64,000 bases of DNA from the NCBI GenBank assembly GCA_016185435.1, contig JACPNN010000001.1, forward strand, positions 8,956-72,955. The letters are read 5' to 3'. Within the stretch, counting starts at the first letter, position 1; each line of letters starts with the position of its first letter. The translations under genes were made by a program, and so were the position numbers. Positions 8,347 to 17,158 of this stretch are shown here, one piece after another. This DNA comes from Candidatus Aenigmatarchaeota archaeon. GTDB taxonomy: Archaea; Aenigmatarchaeota; Aenigmatarchaeia; QMZP01. A model generated the notes under the pieces. The model had not been told where the DNA came from, searched no databases, and saw nothing but the letters and a program-made list of their open reading frames with translations.

Positions 8347-10344
8347 CTACACGACCTTAATGTTTCCAAGCGCATCCTTTATGAACTCGATAAAGATGAC
8401 GCTCGCGGTCAGGGAGACGATGAAATAGATAAAGACTCCCACCAGAAGCATCTTGCCGGCAAGATACCTTTCCATCGGCCTGTTTTCCCCATAGGTTATC
8501 TTTGTTATGAAGGATGCAAGTATGAAGATGACTTGGATGAGATATGTGCCGATTATAAGCTGGAACACTTCTGGCGATATTTTCGGCTGGCCGAAAAGGT
8601 CCTGAAAGCTGGAGAAACTTCCCAATCCGCTGGCCTGGTTTGCGAGCTTCAGGCTGTCCATGTAGCCGCCTAATTGCCCCAGGACAAGGATGATTATTTC
8701 AGCCATGGCCACAATAAGGCCTGAAACAACCGGGGTAAGGAGGTATGCCTGGAAGCGCATGCTGCTGACTGTTTCATCAAGCAGCTCCCTCATATATTCC
8801 TGGGTCTCGCGAATATTCTTGAGGTATTTGGATATCATGAACATGCTTTCTGAGGCATACGCCAAACCCTTCCTTGCAGTATCAACAACAGTACGCATTA
8901 TGTTCCTGACGAGTTTGGAGGGATAGAATTTCAGGGAGCCGTATTGGGGGTCGAAAAGCGCTGACTCAAGAGTGTAGCCAAGGGCTTTCATGTTCCTGAG
9001 TGTAAGCTCGAAAAGGCTTGCTATCTTCAGGTCCTTTACGTCGCCCAGGGATTTTTCAAGGGCAAGCTCTGTGGGCGTTCCTGCGCCAATCCTGTTGGCC
9101 AGCTGGAATAAAGCCAGTTCAAATTCGCCTTCCATGACATTGATATCTGTCTGCAGCTTCACCGTCTTCATGGTGGAGAAAAGAAAGTATGAGCCCAGGG
9201 ATGCAGCTGCGCCGAAAATGATGAGCATGGACATCAGGAGATTGAACACATCGAGGTTCTGCTGCTTGAAGCTCTCGAAAAGGAGGTTTGGCTGGGCAAC
9301 AAAAAAATATATCGGATATGATACAAAAAGGAGAAGTATGCCGATTGCTATTGCCAAAGGTTTGGTGTCCTTTTTTATTATTTCTCCTACAGGCGAAGCC
9401 TGGGTGAGGGTTATCGGCCTCCTCTTGAGCGTATCATTTATGAACCAGACGATTATGATCGGAAGGAATATGTTGTAGCCGAGGACAAAATGCCACCATT
9501 CGACGCTGTCTGACATGAAAACAGCGACCATAGGAGCCATTATGCTTCCAAGCAGAGGCAGGACTATGCCCATCATATGGATCATCATGATAGGCATCCT
9601 CAGGTCCTGGACATAATGCTTCATCCGGGTCTTGCTGCCGTCGAGGACAACGTCAAGGGACTCATCAAGGACCTGCCTGGCCCTGTCAGGAGGCTGGCTT
9701 GTGCTTTCCCTTATGAGCCTCAGGGATTCGGCGAATTCTTCGTTCTCAGGCTTCCATCTTGCTATGTAATCATCCATGGCGTGCCATGCCGAATAATAGC
9801 GCCTCATTTCTATGTCCCATATGAGCTTCCTGAGATCCCATGCCAATGGCCCGGAGACATTTGCGGCAGCAAATTTGATGGCCTGCTCCAGGTTTGGGGA
9901 CATGCGCATGCTGACTACCATGTAGAGTATGGCGAGAATTACCTGGGAGCTTGCCTGTATCCTCATCTCCTTCATCAGGCCTGACGGGTAGGAATAGAGA
10001 TAATAGGCGGCCAGAAGGCCAAGTGATGCCAAAAGAAGGGAACCGAGGTAAGGCATCAGGCCTAAAATGCCCATGGACAGGGAAAAAATGAGAAAGATGA
10101 TGAAGATTATAAGGGGCAGGGAGAATGCATCGGTAGTTGCTATCCTCAGGCCAGTGAAGTTAATGGCCTTCTGCAGATCGGCTTCCATGCCCGCCGGAGG
10201 GGAAATCTTAAGAACTTTTCCGGAGGCTTTGGTAAGAGTCTCATACCATGAAAGCCTTTCCTCTTTTTTCTCGGAATAGAGCTTGTACTCCCGGCTGGAG
10301 AGCTGCTCGGGCTCTTTTTTCTCCCGTTTCCCGAAAAAAAGCAT
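8347..10344 (-). CDS. large polytopic membrane protein with two T2SSF-like modules (FlaJ/PilC-like platform protein)
   Basis: Two helical cytoplasmic segments resemble T2SSF: MRMSPNLEQAIKFAAANVSGPLAWDLRKL and GAGTPTELALEKSLGDVKDLKIASLFELTLRNMKALGYTLESAL. Each is followed by clusters of TM helices. Confidence 0.5.
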   Translation of the reverse strand: MLFFGKREKKEPEQLSSREYKLYSEKKEERLSWYETLTKASGKVLKISPPAGMEADLQKAINFTGLRIATTDAFSLPLIIFIIFLIFSLSMGILGLMPYLGSLLLASLGLLAAYYLYSYPSGLMKEMRIQASSQVILAILYMVVSMRMSPNLEQAIKFAAANVSGPLAWDLRKLIWDIEMRRYYSAWHAMDDYIARWKPENEEFAESLRLIRESTSQPPDRARQVLDESLDVVLDGSKTRMKHYVQDLRMPIMMIHMMGIVLPLLGSIMAPMVAVFMSDSVEWWHFVLGYNIFLPIIIVWFINDTLKRRPITLTQASPVGEIIKKDTKPLAIAIGILLLFVSYPIYFFVAQPNLLFESFKQQNLDVFNLLMSMLIIFGAAASLGSYFLFSTMKTVKLQTDINVMEGEFELALFQLANRIGAGTPTELALEKSLGDVKDLKIASLFELTLRNMKALGYTLESALFDPQYGSLKFYPSKLVRNIMRTVVDTARKGLAYASESMFMISKYLKNIRETQEYMRELLDETVSSMRFQAYLLTPVVSGLIVAMAEIIILVLGQLGGYMDSLKLANQASGLGSFSSFQDLFGQPKISPEVFQLIIGTYLIQVIFILASFITKITYGENRPMERYLAGKMLLVGVFIYFIVSLTASVIFIEFIKDALGNIKVV

Positions 10345-10410
10345 ACAATAAAATATTTGCCGCAGCAGATAAAAAGCTGGATCAGGATTTTTTTACACTT
10401 CTTGCCAGGA

Positions 10411-11709
10411 TTATCTGTATCCCTTCTTCCTCCTCACATATTCCTTTTTGGAACCCATGTAACCGGTATCCAGGCTTCCGTAGAGGCTTTCCATGCCACC
10501 TTCTTGCTGCTTGCCTGACCTGTATTTATCCTCCCTGACAGATTCTGTTGCCGGCTGCCAGACAACGCTGAATGTCTGCTCCCCTTTCGGCGCAAAATCC
10601 GGCTCAAAGGGCGACTGAACGGTCGAGCTTGTCTGGAACTTCCAGAGCACGCTGCCATCCTTTATGCTGAAGGCGTAGAAGTTGCAGTCCCAGCAGCCGT
10701 TGAGGAGCATGCCTCTGAAGACGATTGGCGTTCCCCAGTTCAGGCCTCTGGTGCTGGCCTTCCAGACCAGGGAATGATCTTTCAGGGAGACAGCATATAT
10801 GTTATGGTCAGCAGAGACGACATACATGTTCCTTCCGTCAAATGCCGGCTCATTGCCTGTCATATCCCTTGTCTGGAAACCCCATAGAAATCTGCCGCCG
10901 AGGGAAAAGACTCTCATCATGCCGTCATCGCTGCCCAAATACACGCTCTCTTTGTAAATGACAGGGCTTGCGAAGCACTCGCCTTTCAGGCCGTACGTCC
11001 ACAGGTGCTGCCCATCCTCTCCCAGGGAATATAGCCTCTTGTCGTATGATGCGAAGTATATGGCGCCCCTGTGGTATGCCGGGTTGCACAGAACCATGCC
11101 GTTGGATTCAAATTTCCATTTCAGGCTGCCTTCGAGAGAGAGGCAATAGAGGTTCCTGTCATAGCTTCCGAAATATATGGAATCTTTCCCGAGGCAGGGG
11201 CCGCTGGGCACCTGGGCCTTTGAGGGGAATTTCCATGCCAGCCTGCCGTCTTTTGTCAGGGCATAAAGCTTGTGGTCCTCAGAGCCGAATATTATCAGAT
11301 CCTTCAGCACCAGTGGCTGCGAATATATCTTGCCTTCAGTTGGGAATTTCCAGAGAAGCTCTCCATCTGTCGATATTGCATAGAAGTTGTGGTCATATGA
11401 GCCGAAATAGATTGCATCGCCATCAATGGCCATGTAGCCAATTAGGGGGCCCTTTGTCTCAAAGTCCCACACCTTGTTGCCCTGCAAGTCAATGCAATAG
11501 AGCTTCCTGTCTGCAGCTCCAAAGAATATTCTGCCGCCCTTCACCAGCGGCCTGCCGACCATGATGCTGCCGCCTTCTCCTATGTTGAACAGGGTCGGTT
11601 TTTTTGCCTCCCTTAGTGTCTCCAGCATTCCTATAATCTGCAGGCTGCCAAAGCTGGGGTCAAGCTTTGCTGTGAAGCTTATGTCCTGCTGATATCCATA
11701 GGCTTTCAT
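10411..11709 (-). CDS. PQQ-like (BamB-type) beta-propeller repeat protein
   Basis: There are at least 8 repeats of the form G.IYFGS.D..LYA....G...WKF. I prefer the ATG at 11709, because the longer ORF would overlap the divergent peptidase gene. No obvious signal peptide follows that start. Confidence 0.75.
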   Translation of the reverse strand: MKAYGYQQDISFTAKLDPSFGSLQIIGMLETLREAKKPTLFNIGEGGSIMVGRPLVKGGRIFFGAADRKLYCIDLQGNKVWDFETKGPLIGYMAIDGDAIYFGSYDHNFYAISTDGELLWKFPTEGKIYSQPLVLKDLIIFGSEDHKLYALTKDGRLAWKFPSKAQVPSGPCLGKDSIYFGSYDRNLYCLSLEGSLKWKFESNGMVLCNPAYHRGAIYFASYDKRLYSLGEDGQHLWTYGLKGECFASPVIYKESVYLGSDDGMMRVFSLGGRFLWGFQTRDMTGNEPAFDGRNMYVVSADHNIYAVSLKDHSLVWKASTRGLNWGTPIVFRGMLLNGCWDCNFYAFSIKDGSVLWKFQTSSTVQSPFEPDFAPKGEQTFSVVWQPATESVREDKYRSGKQQEGGMESLYGSLDTGYMGSKKEYVRRKKGYR

Positions 11710-11815
11710 ACCTTCGGCATTCTGCCTGAATAGGATATCTGGCTTTGAAATAAAAAGTCGACAATCCCAATTCCGGAAACAAATAAATCCAGCCCCAGTG
11801 CAAAATATAAAGCAC

Positions 11816-12646
11816 ATGATTGAATGGCTCCTGCTTGCAATAGGCATAGCTGGCTTTGGCGTAGCCGGTTATCTGGACCTGAAGACAACAGAGTTCCCTG
11901 ACTGGATCCCCTATGCGATGATTGGCCTTGCATTGCTCATAAGAGGGGCCTATTCAGCCCAGGCAGGAGACATGTCTTTCCTTTACAATTCGATTGCTTA
12001 CGGAACTGTCTTCCTCGGCTTCGGCCTTTCGCTCTATTATCTCAAGCAGTGGGGGGATGGGGATGCATGGCTGCTTGGGTCTCTGGGATTTCTGTTCCCT
12101 GATTCTGCGGCCTTTCCTTTTTTGAATAGTGCAAGCATTCTGCCCTTTCCGCTTGTGCTCATACTGAACTTCTTCCTGGTGTCATTCCTCTATGTGATAA
12201 CATACTCGATAATCTTGGGGATAAAGGAAAATGCATTGGCTTCTTTCGCTGTCCATCTCAGGGGGCAGGCAAAAACCATAGTATTTGTTTTCCTTTTCTT
12301 CTGCGCCCTTGCTGCGTCTGGGGCACTCTACCTCTCGGGAGTTCTTTCTCCGGCGGCAGGCATGGCCTATATCCTCTTCCCCCTTCCTTTTCTGGCCGCG
12401 GGCATGATTGTTTTTGTGATATACGGGCAGTATATAGAAAAGAACCTCTTAAGGAAAAGGGTGGCAACAAAAGACCTCAGGCTTGGCGATGTGCCTGCTG
12501 ACGGGAAATGGAAGGTGATGACAAAATGGGAGCTTGCCAGAATAAGGAAAGCCAAAAAATATGTGTGGGTAAAGGAAGGGGTGAGGTTTGCGCCTGTCTT
12601 TCTGCTGACGCTGCTGTTTATCCTAGTCTTTGGCAGCGTTTTTTGA
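11816..12646 (+). CDS. A24-family prepilin/preflagellin peptidase (FlaK/PibD/EppA-like)
   Basis: It is polytopic and carries the two aspartyl motifs: YLDLKTTEFPD, and GDGDAWLL in the GxGD context. The first ATG is at 11816; the tracked start at 11798 is GTG. Confidence 0.7.
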   Translation: MIEWLLLAIGIAGFGVAGYLDLKTTEFPDWIPYAMIGLALLIRGAYSAQAGDMSFLYNSIAYGTVFLGFGLSLYYLKQWGDGDAWLLGSLGFLFPDSAAFPFLNSASILPFPLVLILNFFLVSFLYVITYSIILGIKENALASFAVHLRGQAKTIVFVFLFFCALAASGALYLSGVLSPAAGMAYILFPLPFLAAGMIVFVIYGQYIEKNLLRKRVATKDLRLGDVPADGKWKVMTKWELARIRKAKKYVWVKEGVRFAPVFLLTLLFILVFGSVF

Positions 12647-12720
12647 TATCTGTTTTTTAATAAAGCTGTGGCTCGCTGCTGAAAATGAAAAAAGAAGAAA
12701 AAAATTCAGGCATTTGAGAT

Positions 12721-13020
12721 TTATAGTCTTCTTACTCTCTCGACACCGACCTTCTGGACAACCGGTTTCTTTACCCTTGCCGGAAGCCATTCTGGCCTGT
12801 TTTCAGGTGCAGAGACTGTTCTCACGGAACCCTTGAAGATGTGGATTGTGTAGGTTCCGTCTTTGTTTCTCCTGCCCCTCTCCCTTAGTTTGATATCTCC
12901 AACGCCTCTTGTGGCTGCCTTCAGGGCGGCCTGTCTCGGACTTCTGCCTGTGAAGATAGAAGTCCTGTTGCCCTTCCTAAGGACGTAATACTTTCTCTCG
13001 GTTCTTTTTCTTTTGGCCAT
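12721..13020 (-). CDS. non-histone chromosomal protein MC1
   Basis: FTGRSPRQAALKAATRG, IKLRERG, HIF.G and APENRPEWLPARVKKPVV closely parallel Methanosarcina MC1 (FTGKQPRQAALKAANRG...RLRERG...APKNRPDWMP). A CTTTATAAAG TATA box lies about 35 nt upstream. Confidence 0.75.
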   Translation of the reverse strand: MAKRKRTERKYYVLRKGNRTSIFTGRSPRQAALKAATRGVGDIKLRERGRRNKDGTYTIHIFKGSVRTVSAPENRPEWLPARVKKPVVQKVGVERVRRL

Positions 13021-13190
13021 TTTATACACCTATTAGATTCATAGAAAGCCTCTTTATAAAGTTTACGCTTGACGGCAGTCGGTTTTTAGCCTAACCGATA
13101 TACCACGATGTTATGGTGAATTTGAGCAAATTTTGCACTTTGCGCTTGTTGAATTTCTGGACAATTTCAATCCTGAACTGATTATAATTT

Positions 13191-13577
13191 ATGGATCACA
13201 AAGATCTCGAGGAATTCATTTCGAAGCACGGGATTGAGGCGAGAGTTGTGGGATTCAGCAGCAGCACGCAGACAGTGGAGCAGGCTGAGCTGCAGCTTGG
13301 CATAGCAAAGGGCAGGATAGCGAAGTCTGTGCTCTTTATTGTAAAAAAATCATCTAGGCCTTTGCTTGTAAATGAGGTGGAGAAACATACAGGATATAGA
13401 GTAGGCGGGGTGCCTCCGATATGCCATGCAAGCGTGATTGATACTGTAGTTGATGCTGAGGTGTTCCGCCATGATATGGTGTGGTGCGGGGGAGGTGATG
13501 AGAGACATCTTCTGGGGATAAGGCCGAAGGATATAGAAAGGTTTCAGAAGGCCAGGGTGATGGAGGTTTGCCTGTGA
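13191..13577 (+). CDS. YbaK/ProX-type aminoacyl-tRNA trans-editing domain protein (short variant)
   Basis: AKSVLF (conserved Lys context), TGYRVGGVPPI and the GGG...L.I.P.D pattern are present. It is about 25-30 aa shorter than typical members in the middle of the domain. Confidence 0.55.
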   Translation: MDHKDLEEFISKHGIEARVVGFSSSTQTVEQAELQLGIAKGRIAKSVLFIVKKSSRPLLVNEVEKHTGYRVGGVPPICHASVIDTVVDAEVFRHDMVWCGGGDERHLLGIRPKDIERFQKARVMEVCL

Positions 13578-13627
13578 TGCCTGACAAGCACTAAGCTTTA
13601 AATCTGATCACGTGTTCAATATAAATC

Positions 13628-13873
13628 ATGCCGAGAAAAAAAGGCTTTGACAGGGAAAAGGCAAGGAAGATACAAAAGATTCTGATGCACAACCATCAGG
13701 GCATATGGCTGAGGGAGATTGCTAGGCTTGCCGGCATGCCTGTCTCTACAGTTTTCCTTTACCTGAAGGCCCATATGGCCGAGGATGTGTCTATAGAGCC
13801 GCTGGTTGTGGCAGGAAGGCAGGTTGGCAGGATGAAGATTGTGAAGCTGAAGAGGTTCAGGCTGATACGGTAA
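13628..13873 (+). CDS. small winged-helix DNA-binding protein
   Basis: GIWLREIARLAGMPVSTVFLYLK is an HTH-like segment within an 81-aa basic protein. Confidence 0.45.
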   Translation: MPRKKGFDREKARKIQKILMHNHQGIWLREIARLAGMPVSTVFLYLKAHMAEDVSIEPLVVAGRQVGRMKIVKLKRFRLIR

Positions 13874-13898
13874 TTTGTGTTTGGAAAGGCAGGAATTT

Positions 13899-15584
13899 TT
13901 ATTGTTTCCTTTTTTCTATCTCCTCTTTCAGCTGCTCTAGGAAATCGTCCGCCTTAACCCCGAATTTGACTTTTCCGTCCCTTGTCCTCACTGCAATGGT
14001 TTTCCCTTTTTCTTCTTTGTCTCCGACTACTATTGTATAAGGGATTTTTTGCAATTGGGCATTTCTTATCCTGTATTCGACAGTCGATGACTGCTCGTCA
14101 AGCTCTGATCTTATTCCAGCTCCTTTGAGCCTTGAGCAGATTGCTTCAGCATAGCTGTTATTCCTGTCTGTAAGCGGTATCACTATAATCTGAACAGGGG
14201 AAAGCCATAAAGGAAAAGAGCCATTGTAATGCTCGACAAGGATGCCGAGGAATCTTTCTATTGCGCCGTAGACGACCCTGTGGATAATTACAGGCCTCTT
14301 TTGGCTGTTGTCGGCATCGATGTAGGACAGGCCGAATTTCTCAGGCATCTGGAAATCAACCTGTATGGTGGCGCATTGCCATGTCCTTCCCAGGGAATCC
14401 TTTATATGGAAATCGATCTTTGGGCCGTAGAAGGCTGCGTCGCCTTTATTGATCCTGCACTTGAGCTTTTTTTTCTTGAGCGCTTCTTCTAACGCTTTCT
14501 CTGCCTTGTCCCAAAGGCCTTCAGAACCCATCCTTTTCTCGGGCCTGGTTGAGAGCTCCACATGGTAATCGAAGTTGAAGGCGCCATAGACGTGCTGCAC
14601 TAAGCTTACCACATCTTCTATTTCTTTTTCGAGCTGCTGTTCAGTGGTAAATATGTGGGCATCGTCCTGAGTGAAGGCTCTGAGCCTGAAAAGGCCTGAC
14701 AGCACTCCGGAAAGCTCGTTTCTGTGGACCCTGCCAAGCTCTGCAAGCCTTAGAGGAAGATCCCTGTAGCTCCTTTGCGAGCTTTTGTATACCAGTATGG
14801 CGCCGGGGCAGTTCATCGGCTTTATCGCATATTCAGCCTGTTCTATGGTTGTGAAGAACATGTTCTCCTTGTAATGGTCCCAGTGGCCGCTGACCTGCCA
14901 TAAGCCCTTGTTCGCAAGCAGGGGCGTGGATATTTCTTTATATCCTCTTTTCTCATGCTCCTGCCTCCAGAAATCAAGGAGCTGGTTGATAAGAATGCTG
15001 CCTTTGGGATGGACGAATGCCATGCCTGGCGAAACCTCCTGGAAGCTGAAGAGATCAAGCTTCTGGCCAAGTATCCTGTGGTCGTTCTCCTTGAGCTCTT
15101 CTTTATCCAGATGGATCTTTCTGAGGACAGGCTGCCGCTTTGTTTCCTTTTCCTTGTCTGCTTTTTCAGCTGATATTTCCTTGCTCAGTTCAGCAAGAGG
15201 ATGGCCTTTCGCATGGAGCTTGAAGGACTTGTACCAGCCGAAAGGCGCATGCTTCACCTCTATTTTCTGTTTTTTTATTTCAGATTCCATGGAAAGGAGC
15301 ATATCCTTGGCAAAATGCGGTGAAGAAAGATTTGAGGACAAATGGGCGTAAGGATAGAGGACTATATTTTTTGCTTTGACCTGGTTGTAGACCTCCAGTA
15401 TTTCCTTAATCGCCTGCTTCATTACAGCTTCCCTGCTGCCCTCGTCGGACTTTTCGACGGCGGTGAAAATTACAAGGGCTTCCTCTGCCCTTTCGGGCTT
15501 CATCTCCGTCTCTTCAGGCTCCTTTATGGCCTTCTTCTTGGCCTCCCATTCAATGGAGTCGCAGTGGATCAGCAGGAGTTTCAT
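13899..15584 (-). CDS. thrS: threonyl-tRNA synthetase, archaeal form with N-terminal archaea-specific editing domain
   Basis: The N-terminus MKLLLIHCDSIEWEAKKKAIK..PE is the archaeal ThrRS editing domain. Class II core motifs are DHRILGQKLDLF, FRLRAFTQDDAHIF and GPKIDF. The anticodon-binding C-terminus is PLWLSPVQIIVIP. Confidence 0.9.
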   Translation of the reverse strand: MKLLLIHCDSIEWEAKKKAIKEPEETEMKPERAEEALVIFTAVEKSDEGSREAVMKQAIKEILEVYNQVKAKNIVLYPYAHLSSNLSSPHFAKDMLLSMESEIKKQKIEVKHAPFGWYKSFKLHAKGHPLAELSKEISAEKADKEKETKRQPVLRKIHLDKEELKENDHRILGQKLDLFSFQEVSPGMAFVHPKGSILINQLLDFWRQEHEKRGYKEISTPLLANKGLWQVSGHWDHYKENMFFTTIEQAEYAIKPMNCPGAILVYKSSQRSYRDLPLRLAELGRVHRNELSGVLSGLFRLRAFTQDDAHIFTTEQQLEKEIEDVVSLVQHVYGAFNFDYHVELSTRPEKRMGSEGLWDKAEKALEEALKKKKLKCRINKGDAAFYGPKIDFHIKDSLGRTWQCATIQVDFQMPEKFGLSYIDADNSQKRPVIIHRVVYGAIERFLGILVEHYNGSFPLWLSPVQIIVIPLTDRNNSYAEAICSRLKGAGIRSELDEQSSTVEYRIRNAQLQKIPYTIVVGDKEEKGKTIAVRTRDGKVKFGVKADDFLEQLKEEIEKRKQ

Positions 15585-15746
15585 ATATGTTCCTTCAGCT
15601 CGAATAGAATATTTCTTGGATTAAGGATAAAAAGGGCGTGAAGCAATGGCTGGCCTTGGAAATAATGTTCATTGTACTGTTTTATAACCACCCATAGGCC
15701 TCACTGATATTTATAAAAGGCCAGGGTATATAAGTCTTTGTATTAT

Positions 15747-15839
15747 AGCCCCGTCGTCCAGCGGCCAAACCTTGACAAAAGGGGCTAAGGATGCGAGGCT
15801 CTGGACCTCGAGACCCAGGTTCGAATCCTGGCGGGGCTA
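15747..15839 (+). tRNA. tRNA-Gln (anticodon CUG) with a roughly 20-nt insertion in the D-loop (candidate non-canonical intron)
   Basis: The hand-folded cloverleaf has these elements:
- acceptor stem AGCCCCG/CGGGGCT with discriminator A
- D-stem GTCC/GGAT
- anticodon stem CGAGG/CCTCG with loop CTCTGGA
- 4-nt variable loop
- T-arm CCAGG-TTCGAAT-CCTGG

The D-loop is 29 nt (15760-15788) instead of about 9. A T-tract follows at 15841-15849. Confidence 0.75.
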
Positions 15840-15886
15840 CTTGTTTTTTCCCCAAAAATGAAAGAACTGAAGCTGAATAAAAATCA

Positions 15887-15911
15887 TAGCGGCATATTTA
15901 AAATACCGCTA
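15887..15911. promoter_or_regulatory. inverted repeat TAGCGG-N13-CCGCTA bracketing the A/T-rich TATA-like box of orc1/cdc6
   Basis: TAGCGGcatatttaaaataCCGCTA ends 11 nt before the ATG at 15922. The half-site is identical to the unit of the TAGCGGCA direct repeats found elsewhere in the window. Confidence 0.35.
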
Positions 15912-15921
15912 CCCAAATCTA

Positions 15922-16971
15922 ATGGGGCCTGAAAACATGTACGATGTCCAGAACAGGATAATAAGGAACCTCAGCGCGCTGGAGGAGCATTTCATACCTT
16001 CGAGGCTGCTGCACAGGGAAGGCCAGTTAGAGGCCATAAGGGATGATCTGCAGCCGCTGATAAACAGGAGGGATATGAGGGATGTTTTTCTGTATGGACG
16101 GCCCGGAACTGGCAAGACCTGCATGGCCAGATATGTTGTCGAGGAGCTGAAGAAGCATGCCTCTGTGAAGAGCTGCTATGTCAACTGCTGGCACAACTCT
16201 TCCAGGTTCAGGGTGCTGTACAGCATTCTGGAAAGAATGGGGGAAGTTCTGGCCATACACAGGAAAGGGATACCTACGGATGAGTTGCTTGACATACTAA
16301 GGAGCAGGCTGAAGGCAGGCCATTGCATTGTGATACTTGATGAGGTGGACAAGCTTGAAGAGGAAGGCATATTGTACGATCTGACCGAGATGGAAAGGAT
16401 AGGGCTCATTCTGATAGCAAACAACCCAGAAGTGTTTTTCGACATAGATGCCAGGATAAGGAGCAGGCTCATGGCCATGGACAACATAGAGTTTCCTTCG
16501 TATACCGCAATCGAGCTTGCAGACATATTGAAGGACAGGGCTGAGTTAGGCTTGCTGCCGAATGCCATAGAGAAAAGGCAGATTGAAGCGATAGCGGAAA
16601 TGGCTGGAGGGGATGCGAGGATAGCGATAGATATCATGAGGATATCTGCAGAAGATGCTGAAAGCAGGGATCTCGACAGGATAGGCGACAATCTTCTGGC
16701 CAAGGCGCTGCCAAGGATAAAGGAGAAGGATCTGGAAAAGGCAGTGATGGCCCTGAATGAGCATCAGAGGGTATTGCTCGGCATTGTTAAGGCAAGGCAG
16801 ACTGCCAAGGCCTCAGACCTTTATGAGGAATACGGGAAAAAGGTTTCAGAAGCAGGCATAAAGGCCGCGAATGGGAGGACCTTAAGGAAATACATGGAGG
16901 TGCTTGTGGGGATGAAGATGATAGGCGCTTCTGGTGAGGGCAGATGGAGAGAATATAGTATCAATGGCTGA
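15922..16971 (+). CDS. cdc6: Orc1/Cdc6 replication initiator (compact, 349 aa)
   Basis: LLHREGQLEAI..L, Walker A GRPGTGKT, Walker B IVILDEVD and a C-terminal winged-helix region are present. Confidence 0.85.
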   Translation: MGPENMYDVQNRIIRNLSALEEHFIPSRLLHREGQLEAIRDDLQPLINRRDMRDVFLYGRPGTGKTCMARYVVEELKKHASVKSCYVNCWHNSSRFRVLYSILERMGEVLAIHRKGIPTDELLDILRSRLKAGHCIVILDEVDKLEEEGILYDLTEMERIGLILIANNPEVFFDIDARIRSRLMAMDNIEFPSYTAIELADILKDRAELGLLPNAIEKRQIEAIAEMAGGDARIAIDIMRISAEDAESRDLDRIGDNLLAKALPRIKEKDLEKAVMALNEHQRVLLGIVKARQTAKASDLYEEYGKKVSEAGIKAANGRTLRKYMEVLVGMKMIGASGEGRWREYSING

Positions 16972-17080
16972 GCCATCACAGTTGAAATGAGAAATTACTT
17001 CTTCTTTTTGTGCTTGGCGCATGTGTCACACATAAGGGTCAATTAATAGTTGGTACAATGGCTTAAATACATTCCATTTA

Positions 17081-17120
17081 TAGCGGCATAGCGGCCTTTT
17101 TCCCTTGGCCAACTTTTATA
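17081..17120 (+). promoter_or_regulatory. copy 2 of TAGCGGCATAGCGGC + CCCTTGGC + TTTTATA promoter-like module
   Basis: The repeat is at 17081-17095, CCCTTGGCC at 17102-17110 and TTTTATA at 17114-17120. It lies upstream of a 36-codon ORF that has a GGAGGTGA ribosome-binding site. Confidence 0.4.
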
Positions 17121-17158
17121 CACGCTCCAGAACAGAAAGTAGTCTGGAGGTGATTCGC

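Noticed and set aside
15747-16971. Integrated element (tRNA-adjacent cdc6-like gene)
   Set aside because: No integrase, no direct repeat of the tRNA 3' end, no viral or plasmid genes and no compositional break are visible. The flanking genes are core housekeeping genes.
17125-17149. 7-bp hairpin CTCCAGA-N11-TCTGGAG overlapping the ORF A Shine-Dalgarno, as a translational switch
   Set aside because: The TATA box is at 17114-17120, so transcription should start at about 17145. The 5' arm would then not be in the mRNA, which cannot be decided without start-site data.
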